Positions 18,701-27,244 of a DNA stretch of 32,000 nucleotides are shown in pieces. Numbering within the stretch: position 1 is the stretch's first letter; every line of letters starts with the position of its first letter. The position numbers and the translations under genes were made by a program. The DNA comes from Synechocystis sp. PCC 6803 substr. PCC-P. GTDB lineage: Bacteria > Cyanobacteriota > Cyanobacteriia > Cyanobacteriales > Microcystaceae. Below the pieces are notes generated by a model. It was not told the DNA's origin, did not search any database, and saw only the letters and a program-made list of their open reading frames with translations. The stretch is taken from positions 330,001 through 362,000 of the forward strand of contig NC_017039.1 of the NCBI RefSeq assembly GCF_000284455.1, written 5' to 3'.

Positions 18701-19429
18701 ATGTCAGCAATAACGGCCCAGGAACTGGAATCACAAATGCCGGATGCCACTATGCTTTTGAGTGATGAACCGGAGATGGAAAGTTCAGTGCATTATTTGC
18801 AACTGCTCTTGCTAGTTACTAGTCTGGAGTGGGCCTGGCGTCAGAGGGATGATTTTTTTATTGGTGCCAACCTAACCATCTACTTCAGTCGACAACAACT
18901 CAAACACCGTGATTTTCGAGGCCCTGATTTTTTCCTGGTCAAGAATACCACCAGACACCCCCGCAATTCCTGGGTCGTGTGGGAGGAAGACGGGCGCTAC
19001 CCCGACTTGATCATTGAGCTACTTTTCGAGTCCACTGCCAAAGTGGATAGAACCACCAAGCTGGACCTTTATGCCACTAGGTTCCACACCCCTGAGTATT
19101 TTTATTTTTCCCCTGAAACTTTGGAATTTGCCGGTTTTAGGTTAAATTTCAACCAATACTCTCCCGTAATTCCCAATGAGCAAGGATGGCTATGGAGTGA
19201 GGCGCTGGGATTTTTTCTTGGCATCCACCAGGGTCAGTTGCGCTATTTTTCCGTGGAGGGAATTTTAGTACCTACCCCTGAGGAGGCGGCCCAACAGGAA
19301 ATATTGAGGCCTGACCAGGCCATGGCAAAGGTAGAGCAGGAGGCTCAACGGGCGGACCAAGAAAAATTCAGGGCCGATCGCCTGGCGGCCAAGCTGAGGG
19401 AGTTGGGATTGGATCCCGATGATGTTTAG
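18701..19429 (+). CDS. Uma2 (DUF820) family putative endonuclease with a C-terminal coiled-coil tail, copy 2 of 5 (paralogue of 27748-28608)
   Basis: ATG start preceded by GGAGG (18691-18695) with a 5-nt spacer. The core is GPDFFLV ... YPDLIIELLFEST. The tail is charged and helical (AKVEQEAQRADQEKFRADRLAAKLRELG). The gene ends 38 nt before the wzm ATG. Confidence 0.85.
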   Translation: MSAITAQELESQMPDATMLLSDEPEMESSVHYLQLLLLVTSLEWAWRQRDDFFIGANLTIYFSRQQLKHRDFRGPDFFLVKNTTRHPRNSWVVWEEDGRYPDLIIELLFESTAKVDRTTKLDLYATRFHTPEYFYFSPETLEFAGFRLNFNQYSPVIPNEQGWLWSEALGFFLGIHQGQLRYFSVEGILVPTPEEAAQQEILRPDQAMAKVEQEAQRADQEKFRADRLAAKLRELGLDPDDV

Positions 19430-19467
19430 CCATGGGCCTTTGGGCGTAGCAAAAATTGACCTCAAGT

Positions 19468-20298
19468 ATGAAAACTTCCCCCCCAGAACTGATTATTGAA
19501 GCAGGACGCACGGAGCGTCAGTATTGGCAAGACCTATGGCGTTACCGGGAATTGTTTTACACCCTGGCTTGGCGGGACATTGCGGTACGGTACAAACAAA
19601 CGGCGATCGGTATAGCTTGGGCCTTAATCCGGCCATTTTTGACCATGGTGGTGTTTACGGTGGTATTTGGTAAGTTGGCTAATTTACCTTCGGAGGGGGT
19701 GCCCTATCCCATTCTGGTGTTTGCGGGAATGTTGCCCTGGCAGTTTTTTTCCACTTCCCTTAGTTCCGCCAGCGATAGTCTAATTGCCAATGCCAATCTA
19801 ATTTCTAAGGTGTATTTTCCTCGCTTAGTGGTGCCTACCAGTGCCGTGGTGACTAGCTTTGTTGATTTTTTAATTTCTGGGATGATTATGTTGGGGCTGA
19901 TGGCTTGGTATAATTTCTTGCCCAGTTGGCATGTGATTACATTGCCTTTCTTCATTTTGATTGCCTTTATGGCTTCCATGGGAGCAGGGTTATGGCTTTG
20001 TTCCCTCAATGTCAAATACCGAGATTTTCGCTACATTGTGCCATTCATTGTCCAATTTGGTTTGTACATTTCCCCGGTGGGTTTTAGTAGTAATGTGGTG
20101 CCGGAAAAATGGCGATTGCTCTATTCCATTAACCCGATGGTGAGTGTAATTGATGGTTTTCGTTGGGCGATTTTGGGGGGAGAATCAACTATATTTCTGC
20201 CGGGTTTTTTGTTGTCTTTACTGTTGGTGATCATTATTTTTATAACAGGAATTCTCTATTTTCGTAAGATGGAACGCACCTTCGCTGATGTGATTTAA
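19468..20298 (+). CDS. wzm: ABC-2 type polysaccharide/O-antigen exporter permease
   Basis: YRELFYTLAWRDIAVRYKQTAIGIAWALIRPFLTMVVFTVVFG is the hallmark Wzm/KpsM N-terminal motif, followed by 6 TM segments. The track start at 19456 is TTG; I prefer the ATG at 19468 (MKTSPPELI...). Confidence 0.9.
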   Translation: MKTSPPELIIEAGRTERQYWQDLWRYRELFYTLAWRDIAVRYKQTAIGIAWALIRPFLTMVVFTVVFGKLANLPSEGVPYPILVFAGMLPWQFFSTSLSSASDSLIANANLISKVYFPRLVVPTSAVVTSFVDFLISGMIMLGLMAWYNFLPSWHVITLPFFILIAFMASMGAGLWLCSLNVKYRDFRYIVPFIVQFGLYISPVGFSSNVVPEKWRLLYSINPMVSVIDGFRWAILGGESTIFLPGFLLSLLLVIIIFITGILYFRKMERTFADVI

Positions 20299-20487
20299 CC
20301 ATGGCAACAAACAAATGGTTTTATGAGCTATTGAAGGATTTTAAATACAGTTGCCTGAATTGGGTTTGACCGTGGCACAAGTTGCTCAGGTTGAACAGTT
20401 GAACAATGGCGATCGCCAAAGTAAGCTACCCATTAAAATAGGATTATCTTGCCCTGACCCTCAATGTGATTAAATTTCCTGGCATTA

Positions 20488-20916
20488 TTGCCATCAAGCA
20501 TCTTAACGGTGCTATTGATTACGATCGCCTTTTTGAGGTTCTATGACCAAACCGACTTTGAATTCCTCGGACTCGTTGCCAATCCCCGACAGTGGAGCAA
20601 TGGATTCACTGTGGCAGCCCTCCTGGCTACATTGGCTAATTTCGGCGTTGAGTGGAACCGTCGAAATCGAGAAACAAACCGCTTGGCTCAAGAAGCACAA
20701 CGAAGAGTTGAGGAAGGGCAACGCAGAATGGCTCAGGAAAGAGCAGATGAGTCTCGAAGAGCTGAGGAGAGAGAACGCCAAATTGCGCGAACTCGAATCG
20801 AAACTCGATGCCGTATTGCCGAAATACAATTCCAGCTTGACCCCTCAGACCGAAATCGAAGACTCTTAAGGGAGGCCTTAGCACTACTGGCTGAATATGG
20901 TGATCTGTTCTCGTAA
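20488..20916 (+). CDS. Hypothetical protein; the reading frame is uncertain (142-aa TTG-start frame versus the overlapping 108-aa ATG-start frame at 20543-20869)
   Basis: The longest ORF has a TTG start, two N-terminal hydrophobic segments and an Arg/Glu-rich remainder. The +1-shifted frame has an ATG with GAGG upstream and reads as a heptad coiled coil. See the finding for this locus. Confidence 0.4.
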   Translation: MPSSILTVLLITIAFLRFYDQTDFEFLGLVANPRQWSNGFTVAALLATLANFGVEWNRRNRETNRLAQEAQRRVEEGQRRMAQERADESRRAEERERQIARTRIETRCRIAEIQFQLDPSDRNRRLLREALALLAEYGDLFS

Positions 20917-21035
20917 AGGCGATCGCCTAGGAATTTGCCCATTACAATGAAATCATCTTCTCTCCATTTTTGATGTGGTTAGATTTTCTGGCTGACCCCA
21001 TCCAATAAAAAGAGTGACTAAATACTACTACTACT

Positions 21036-21467
21036 ATGGAGCAACTTTACGAAAGAGATTTTAGTCGATGGGCAGAAACCATGGCCGATCTCCTTGCTGC
21101 AGGGGATTTTACGTCCCTTGATATCGAGAATTTAGTGGAGGAAGTCCGGGATTTGTCAAAACGGGAAAGGGATCGCCTTTTAAGTAGTTTACGTTTAATT
21201 CTTCATCACTTCCTCAATTGGGACTACCAGCCCCAGAAACGTTCCCGCAGTTGGCAGAATACAATTGATCGAGAGCGGAACAATATTGAACTATATCTTG
21301 AGGACAGTCCCAGTCTGCAGCGTTATCTCAATGATGGGGTGTCTCTCGCTAAAATGTATCGGCTGGCGCGGGCCGACGCGATCCGGGAAACTGATTTAGA
21401 TTTTCCCAAAGATTGCCTATACGATATGGAAGATGTATTAAGTCGCGTTATTTCCCTCGGTGAATGA
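21036..21467 (+). CDS. DUF29 family protein (copy 1 of 2)
   Basis: 143-aa ORF with an ATG start. LYERDFSRWAETMADLLAAGDFTSLDIENLVEEVRDLSKRERDRLLSSLRLILHHFLNWDYQPQKRSRSWQNTI matches the DUF29 consensus as I remember it (LYExDFxxW ... LDxxNLIEEIExLG ... W.YQP..RS.SW). Confidence 0.85.
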   Translation: MEQLYERDFSRWAETMADLLAAGDFTSLDIENLVEEVRDLSKRERDRLLSSLRLILHHFLNWDYQPQKRSRSWQNTIDRERNNIELYLEDSPSLQRYLNDGVSLAKMYRLARADAIRETDLDFPKDCLYDMEDVLSRVISLGE

Positions 21468-21537
21468 TCCTCTAGAGGGCGATCGCCAAATGAAAACCAA
21501 TTGTTAAAATTAATTCACTCTTCTAAGCTGCACCATT

Positions 21538-22101
21538 ATGGCTACCGTTTTAGACCTTCAGCCAATTATTTCGTTGAACCGAGGGCAATTTTATCAGCTC
21601 TGTCAAAACAATCCTGACCTCAGCCTAGAAAGAAACCCCCAAGGGAAGCTCATCATTCTGTCCCCAGTTGGTGGTGAAAGTGGTGCCCAAGAAGCGAGCC
21701 TTATTTTCAAAGTTTCTCTCTGGAATTATCAGAGTCAACTCGGAATTGTCTTTAGTTCCTCAACAATCTTTAGCCTACCCCAAGGTGGCGATCGCTCCCC
21801 CGATGTGGCTTGGGTCTCCCGAGGTAATTGGGAAAAGTTAACCCCAGCAGAACGAGAGGGTTTTCCCCCAATTTGTCCTGATTTTGTGATTGAACTCAGA
21901 TCAAAAAGTGATCGTCTTAAACCCCTACAAGACAAAATGCTAGAGTACCTAACATCTGGTTTGCAACTAGGCTGGCTAATCAATCCACAACAAAAACAGG
22001 TGGAGATCTACCGCCAAAATCAACCCACAGAAATAACTAATCTCCCCACAAAATTGTCTGGGGAGAATGTTTTACCCGGATTTAGCATTTCTCTAGACTA
22101 G
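21538..22101 (+). CDS. Uma2 (DUF820) family putative endonuclease, copy 3 of 5
   Basis: 187-aa ORF with an ATG start. The core is SPDVAWVS ... CPDFVIELRSKSD ... KMLEYLTSGLQLGWLINPQQKQVEIY. It lies 70 nt downstream of the DUF29 gene. Confidence 0.85.
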   Translation: MATVLDLQPIISLNRGQFYQLCQNNPDLSLERNPQGKLIILSPVGGESGAQEASLIFKVSLWNYQSQLGIVFSSSTIFSLPQGGDRSPDVAWVSRGNWEKLTPAEREGFPPICPDFVIELRSKSDRLKPLQDKMLEYLTSGLQLGWLINPQQKQVEIYRQNQPTEITNLPTKLSGENVLPGFSISLD

Positions 22102-22262
22102 TTTTTTTTGTGGTCTATGGCTAATTCCTAAAAGTTGTCAGTTTTCTGCGGATGAGTTACTAAATCCAGAGTTTTTTCCTGATTAAGAATTGAACAATTA
22201 TTTTTTTGGCTTTGTCTGGTAAGCTTACGCTATCTGGTTAGGGCGTTTTAAAAACTTTATTT

Positions 22263-23555
22263 ATGTCTGATACAGTCATTCGAGTGGAAAATCTTGGGAA
22301 AAAATATATCATCGGTCACCAGCGGCGGGAACGCTATACAACTCTCCGGGATATGATGGCAGAGAAGGCCCGCTCCTTTGGTCAGATGTTTAGACGTAAT
22401 GGTAAGGAAGATTACCCTACCCACGAAGAGTTTTGGGCGCTGAAGGATGTGTCCTTTGAAATTAAGCAGGGCGATCGGGTTGGCATTATTGGGCGCAATG
22501 GGGCGGGTAAGTCAACACTTTTAAAGATTCTCAGCCGGATTACGGAGCCGACGGAGGGGCGCATTTCTATTAAGGGTCGGGTGGCGAGTCTGTTGGAGGT
22601 GGGGACGGGGTTCCATCCTGAGTTGACGGGGCGGGAGAATATTTATCTGAATGGGGCGATTTTGGGGATGGGCAAGGCGGAAATTAAGAAGAAGTTTGAT
22701 GAGATTGTGGCGTTTGCGGAGGTGGAGAAGTTTTTGGATACTCCTGTCAAGCGGTATTCTTCGGGGATGTATGTGCGCTTGGCGTTTGCGGTGGCGGCCC
22801 ATTTGGAGCCGGAAATTTTAATTGTGGATGAAGTGTTGGCGGTGGGAGATGCCCAGTTTCAAAAACGTTGCCTTGGCAAAATGGAGGATGTTGCAGAAAA
22901 AGAGGGTAGAACGGTAATTTTTGTTAGCCATGCTATGCCCATGATTGCTTCTTTATGTAATAGCTGTTTTCTCCTAAAGCACGGCGAAGTTATTAAGGAA
23001 GGAAGTCCCGGCTCTGTAATTGCCTATTACCAAAGTGATGGACAGCATAGTCCAGGCTCTGTTGACTATACTTCATCTCCTTCTCCCCCTGGAGACCATT
23101 TAGCAGTTTTAAGAAGGGGATGGATCGAAAATGAAAAAGGAGAGCAATCTTTAGATGTTCGGATTGATGAGCCCCTAACGGTTTATATGGAATATGAAGT
23201 TCAACAAAAAACACCAGGCACCCCCTATCCAAATTTTCACTTTTATGATGATAAAAATAATTGTGCTTTTGTGACTGCCGCTATGGTTGATATAAATTCT
23301 CCTCTAGAAGAGGGAGTTTATCGTGCCCTTTGTCATATCCCGGCCAATTTTTTGAACGACGGTGTTTACTCGGTGGGATTGGCTGTCACGTTTATGCACT
23401 CAGGCGTCCACGTCAGTTTTTATGATCAATCTGCTTTGGTTTTTAATGTGACTGACCCGATTGAAGGGGTGATAACCCGGGGCATGGGTTATGTAGGGCC
23501 GATACCAGGGGTTTTAAGGCCAGTACTTGACTGGAATGTGGAGAAAATTGCATGA
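22263..23555 (+). CDS. wzt: Polysaccharide/O-antigen ABC exporter ATP-binding protein with a C-terminal substrate-binding-type extension
   Basis: Walker A GRNGAGKST, signature YSSGMYVRLAFAVA, Walker B ILIVDEVLAVGD. An additional ~170-aa beta-rich C-terminal domain follows residue ~250 and is typical of Wzt rather than KpsT. Confidence 0.92.
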   Translation: MSDTVIRVENLGKKYIIGHQRRERYTTLRDMMAEKARSFGQMFRRNGKEDYPTHEEFWALKDVSFEIKQGDRVGIIGRNGAGKSTLLKILSRITEPTEGRISIKGRVASLLEVGTGFHPELTGRENIYLNGAILGMGKAEIKKKFDEIVAFAEVEKFLDTPVKRYSSGMYVRLAFAVAAHLEPEILIVDEVLAVGDAQFQKRCLGKMEDVAEKEGRTVIFVSHAMPMIASLCNSCFLLKHGEVIKEGSPGSVIAYYQSDGQHSPGSVDYTSSPSPPGDHLAVLRRGWIENEKGEQSLDVRIDEPLTVYMEYEVQQKTPGTPYPNFHFYDDKNNCAFVTAAMVDINSPLEEGVYRALCHIPANFLNDGVYSVGLAVTFMHSGVHVSFYDQSALVFNVTDPIEGVITRGMGYVGPIPGVLRPVLDWNVEKIA

Positions 23556-24322
23556 AAGCTGTAATTCTTGCCGGTGGCTTGGGGACTAGAATTTCCGAAG
23601 AAACTCATCTTCGACCTAAGCCGATGATTGACATTGGCGGGCGACCCATTCTCTGGCACATCCTTAAACTCTATTCTGCCTACGGTGTAAATGATTTTAT
23701 TATTTGCTGTGGTTATAAAGGCTATGTTATTAAGGAATATTTTGCCAATTATTTTCTACATATGTCCGATGTAACCTTTGACATGGTTTCCAATGAAATG
23801 ATTGTCCATCAGAGAAAGGCAGAGCCATGGAAAGTGACCTTAGTGGATACCGGGGAAAATTCCCTTACAGGGGGAAGATTAAAGCGGATTAAAACTTTTA
23901 TTGAAAATGACAATGCTTTTTGTTTTACCTATGGTGATGGTTTGGCAAATATTAATATTCAAGAATTAATTGCTTTTCATCAAAGTCATGGTAGGTTGGC
24001 TACGGTCACAGCAGTTGTGCCCCCCGGTCGATACGGCGCACTGAAATTAGAAAACTCTAAGGTTTTCGGGTTTACGGAAAAGCCTCCCGGTGATGGCGGT
24101 CTAATTAACGGCGGTTTCTTTGTTTTATCTCCCCGTTGCTTGGATTTTATTGGGGGGGATATGGATAGTTGGGAGGGTGAGCCCCTAACTGAATTGTCTG
24201 GTAAGGGGGAGTTGATGGCATTTGAGCATAGGGGTTTTTGGCAACCAATGGATACTTTACGGGATAAGAATCATCTAGAAGAGTTGTGGCAATCTGGTCA
24301 GGCTCCTTGGAAGGTATGGTAA
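23552..24322 (+). CDS. rfbF: Glucose-1-phosphate cytidylyltransferase
   Basis: MKAVILAGGLGTRISEETHLRPKPMIDIGGRPILWHILKLYSAYGVNDFIICCGYKGYVIKEYFANYFLHMSDVTF is near-identical in pattern to enterobacterial RfbF/DdhA. The start overlaps the wzt stop (ATGA). Confidence 0.93.
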   Translation: MKAVILAGGLGTRISEETHLRPKPMIDIGGRPILWHILKLYSAYGVNDFIICCGYKGYVIKEYFANYFLHMSDVTFDMVSNEMIVHQRKAEPWKVTLVDTGENSLTGGRLKRIKTFIENDNAFCFTYGDGLANINIQELIAFHQSHGRLATVTAVVPPGRYGALKLENSKVFGFTEKPPGDGGLINGGFFVLSPRCLDFIGGDMDSWEGEPLTELSGKGELMAFEHRGFWQPMDTLRDKNHLEELWQSGQAPWKVW

Positions 24323-25405
24323 ATGCTAGATAAGTCGTTTTGGCAAGGTAAATCCGTTTTTTTAACGGGCCATACGGGTTTTAAAGGCAGTTGGTTAACT
24401 CTCTGGCTCAGTCAGTTGGGAGCAAAGGTGTCGGGCTATTCATTAGATCCTCTGACAAACCCTAACTTATGTGAACTGGCTGAAATTGCTAAATGTTTGC
24501 GCTCTGATACTCGGGCTGATGTCAATGATTTAGCGAATCTTCAAAAGGCGATCGCCGAAGCCAGGCCGGAGATTGTCTTTCACCTTGCAGCCCAGCCTCT
24601 AGTGCGCCGTAGCTATCGTGATCCAGTCGGCACTTTTGCCACTAACGTGATGGGAACTGCCCACCTTCTTGAGGCGTTGCGGGCCTCTGACTCAGTGCGA
24701 GTGGTGGTGATTGTGACTACCGATAAGGTTTATCGCAATGTTGAATGGTGTTGGCCATACCGAGAAGATGATCAACTGGGAGGTCATGATCCCTATAGTG
24801 CGAGCAAGGCCGCCTGCGAAATCGTAGTAGCCAGTTATCGTGATGCCTTTCTTCGAGAACAAGGAGTGGCCGTGGCCAGCGCCCGGGCCGGCAATGTCAT
24901 CGGAGGGGGAGATTGGTCAGAGGATCGTCTCATTCCTGATGTTGTCCGCGCCCTAGATGCAAAAACGATGGTCATAATCCGTCGTCCCCAAGCTATTCGT
25001 CCCTGGCAACATGTGTTAGAGCCTCTAGCTGGCTATTTATTGTTAGCTCAAAAACTTTGGCATTCACCAGAATTGGCAGGGGCCTATAACCTAGGCCCGG
25101 AAACAAAAGACGCAGCCACTGTGCGTCAAATATTAGAATTTGCTTCGCGAATAGAACCCGGCTTGCAAGTGGAATATGGCGATGGCAATGAAGGGCCCCA
25201 TGAGGCGGGTTGGTTATCCCTCGAGATTGCAAAAGCGCGAACTTTACTGGGATATCGTCCTAGTTGGGGGGTCGAGGAGGCAGTACGACGCACAATGATC
25301 TGGTATCGTTCTCAACGACAGGGAGAAAGCCCATTAACTCTTTGTCAGACAGAAATTGAAGAATATGAAAAGGAGCTAATGGCTCTGTCAGACCTTGCTA
25401 TCTGA
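24323..25405 (+). CDS. rfbG: CDP-glucose 4,6-dehydratase
   Basis: FWQGKSVFLTGHTGFKGSWLTLWLSQLGAKVSGYSL is the RfbG/DdhB N-terminal NAD-binding motif. The SDR catalytic YSASK is present. The start codon directly abuts the rfbF stop. Confidence 0.92.
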   Translation: MLDKSFWQGKSVFLTGHTGFKGSWLTLWLSQLGAKVSGYSLDPLTNPNLCELAEIAKCLRSDTRADVNDLANLQKAIAEARPEIVFHLAAQPLVRRSYRDPVGTFATNVMGTAHLLEALRASDSVRVVVIVTTDKVYRNVEWCWPYREDDQLGGHDPYSASKAACEIVVASYRDAFLREQGVAVASARAGNVIGGGDWSEDRLIPDVVRALDAKTMVIIRRPQAIRPWQHVLEPLAGYLLLAQKLWHSPELAGAYNLGPETKDAATVRQILEFASRIEPGLQVEYGDGNEGPHEAGWLSLEIAKARTLLGYRPSWGVEEAVRRTMIWYRSQRQGESPLTLCQTEIEEYEKELMALSDLAI

Positions 25406-25423
25406 AACAAAAACCCAGCAAAA

Positions 25424-25993
25424 ATGACTACTATGGGAAGATTTTTGACTGAAGATTTGGGCATTGCCGGACTCAGAACCGTTATCCGTCAGCCCATCGG
25501 CGATCGCCGGGGATTTTTGGCCCGTTTGTTTTGTGCTGAGGAGTTGAAGGAAGTAGGTTGGCATAAACCCATTGCCCAGATTAACCATACCCATACGGCC
25601 CAAGGCGGCACTGTGCGAGGTATGCATTACCAAAATCCTCCCTCTGCGGAAATGAAATTGGTTACTTGCATTCGGGGTCAGGTTTGGGATGTGGCGGTGG
25701 ATTTGCGGGTTGATTCCCCCACTTTTTTGACTTGGCAAGGGGTAGTACTAAGTGCGGATAACAATAGGGCATTGTTGATACCCGAAGGCTGTGCCCATGG
25801 TTTTCAAGCCTTGAGCGATGATGTTGAATTGATTTACTGTCACTCGGTCGCCTATAACCCGATGGCGGAAGGGGGGTTGAATCCCCAAGATCCTCGCCTA
25901 GGGATTGAGTGGCCCCAAGCAATTACCGAATTATCCCAGCGAGACCAAAATCACCCCTTACTAGATTCCACCTTTTTAGGTCTGAGTTTATGA
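25424..25993 (+). CDS. RmlC-like cupin NDP-4-keto-6-deoxyhexose epimerase (3,5- or mono-epimerase; nucleotide specificity probably CDP given the context)
   Basis: 189-aa ORF. RGFLARLF ... VRGMHYQ ... KLVTCIRGQVWDVAVDLRVDSPTFLTW ... LLIPEGCAHGFQAL matches the dTDP-4-dehydrorhamnose 3,5-epimerase fold family. Confidence 0.85.
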   Translation: MTTMGRFLTEDLGIAGLRTVIRQPIGDRRGFLARLFCAEELKEVGWHKPIAQINHTHTAQGGTVRGMHYQNPPSAEMKLVTCIRGQVWDVAVDLRVDSPTFLTWQGVVLSADNNRALLIPEGCAHGFQALSDDVELIYCHSVAYNPMAEGGLNPQDPRLGIEWPQAITELSQRDQNHPLLDSTFLGLSL

Positions 25994-27210
25994 AATGTCG
26001 CCATTGCCATACACCTTTAAAGCAAACATTCCTGGATTTGGGTTTTGCCCCCCCGTCCAATGCCTATTTGAACCAGATTGATTTAAGTAGACCGGAGGTT
26101 ACTTATCCATTAAGGATCAAGGTTTGTGAACAGTGTTGGCTAGTACAAACAGAAGACTACACCCAGGCGGAAGAGTTATTCTGTGGGGACTATGCCTATT
26201 TTTCCAGCACGTCTAGTAGTTGGCTTAGCCATGCGGCCCGTTATGTGGAAAAGATTACAGAGCGGCTAGGTTTGACTACGGATAGTTTTGTCATTGAGGT
26301 GGCGGCCAATGATGGCTATCTGCTCAAGAATTTTGTGGCGGCGGGGGTTCCCTGTCTGGGCATTGAACCAACAGCTAGCACGGCGGCGGCGGCGGAAAAA
26401 CTAGGGATTGCTGTTTTAAAAGAGTTTTTTGGAGAAAATTTAGGGCGATCGCTCTCAGCAAAGGGCCAACAGGCTGATTTGATTATTGGTAATAATGTCT
26501 TTGCCCATGTACCGGATATTAATGATTTTACGTTGGGTTTAAAACAAGCCCTGAAACCAGGGGGAACCATTACCTTAGAATTTCCCCACCTAATGCAATT
26601 ACTGGCCCAGACCCAATTTGATACGGTTTACCATGAGCATTTTTCCTATCTTTCTCTCTACACGGTCACAAAAATCTTTGCTAAAGCTGGCTTGCAGGTG
26701 TGGGATGTGGAAGAGTTACCTACCCATGGCGGCAGTTTACGGGTCTATGGCTGTCATCTAGGCGATCGCCAAGTTAGTGAGCGAGTAAGGGAATTATTGA
26801 AACAGGAAACGGCCCAGGGTTTACAGGATTTAGCAATCTATCAGCATTTCCAGGAACGGGCAGATCAGATTAAAAATCAATTGCTAGCCTTTTTGATTGA
26901 ACAGAAAACAGCGGGGAAGGTGGTGGCCGGTTATGGGGCAGCGGCTAAAGGTAATACTTTGCTCAATTATGCTGGGGTGAAACCGGATTTGTTGCCCTTT
27001 GTTTGTGATGCATCTTCATCTAAGCAGGGTAAGTTTTTACCCGGTAGTCATATTGCCATTTTGCCTCCAACGGCGATCGCCGAAAAACACCCGGATTTTG
27101 TCCTGATTTTGCCTTGGAATTTACGGACAGAGATCATGACCCAGTTGGGCTATGTGGGAGACTGGGGGGGGCAATTTGTGACCGCAATTCCTAATTTACA
27201 GATTTGTTAG
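25990..27210 (+). CDS. SAM-dependent NDP-hexose C-methyltransferase (TylC3-like: N-terminal Zn-ribbon, class I methyltransferase core, C-methyltransferase C-terminal domain)
   Basis: From the ATG at 25990 (ATGA overlap with the epimerase stop) the ORF reads MKCRHCHTPLKQTFLDLGFAPPSNAYL ... CEQCWLVQ, which forms a four-Cys ribbon. The SAM motif is VIEVAANDGYLL, and the C-terminal domain contains VAGYGAAAKGNTLLNY. The track start at 25909 is an upstream extension inside the previous gene. Confidence 0.85.
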   Translation: MKCRHCHTPLKQTFLDLGFAPPSNAYLNQIDLSRPEVTYPLRIKVCEQCWLVQTEDYTQAEELFCGDYAYFSSTSSSWLSHAARYVEKITERLGLTTDSFVIEVAANDGYLLKNFVAAGVPCLGIEPTASTAAAAEKLGIAVLKEFFGENLGRSLSAKGQQADLIIGNNVFAHVPDINDFTLGLKQALKPGGTITLEFPHLMQLLAQTQFDTVYHEHFSYLSLYTVTKIFAKAGLQVWDVEELPTHGGSLRVYGCHLGDRQVSERVRELLKQETAQGLQDLAIYQHFQERADQIKNQLLAFLIEQKTAGKVVAGYGAAAKGNTLLNYAGVKPDLLPFVCDASSSKQGKFLPGSHIAILPPTAIAEKHPDFVLILPWNLRTEIMTQLGYVGDWGGQFVTAIPNLQIC

Positions 27211-27244
27211 AATGTTGAGCAGGTAAAGAAAATAAGCAACTCCT

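Noticed and set aside
18384-18734. 116-aa minus-strand ORF in the wzc/Uma2 intergenic region
   Set aside because: It has no recognisable motif or TM pattern, and it overlaps the GGAGG-ATG start region of the well-supported plus-strand Uma2 gene. It is most likely a chance ORF, although the region itself may be regulatory (see the finding for 17807-18700).
20299-20487. Short peptide-like reading (..PELGLTVAQVAQVEQLNNGDRQ..) in the wzm-downstream spacer, considered as a possible HTH or antitoxin remnant
   Set aside because: There is no start codon or RBS, the length is about 40 codons, and no diagnostic motif is present. It cannot be supported from sequence alone.
22117-22128. ATGGCTAATTCC, 15 nt after the Uma2 stop at 22101, resembles the aminotransferase gene start (ATGGCTAAATCC / ATGTCTAAATTCC) and could be a fourth relic
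   Set aside because: Only ~12 nt match, with a 1-nt gap, and similarity ends immediately afterwards. That is too short to distinguish from chance without a statistical search.
25909-25989. Upstream extension of the methyltransferase ORF (track start 25909)
   Set aside because: The extension lies inside the epimerase gene and encodes non-conserved sequence. The ATG at 25990 gives the family-typical MKCRHC Zn-ribbon N-terminus and an ATGA coupled overlap.
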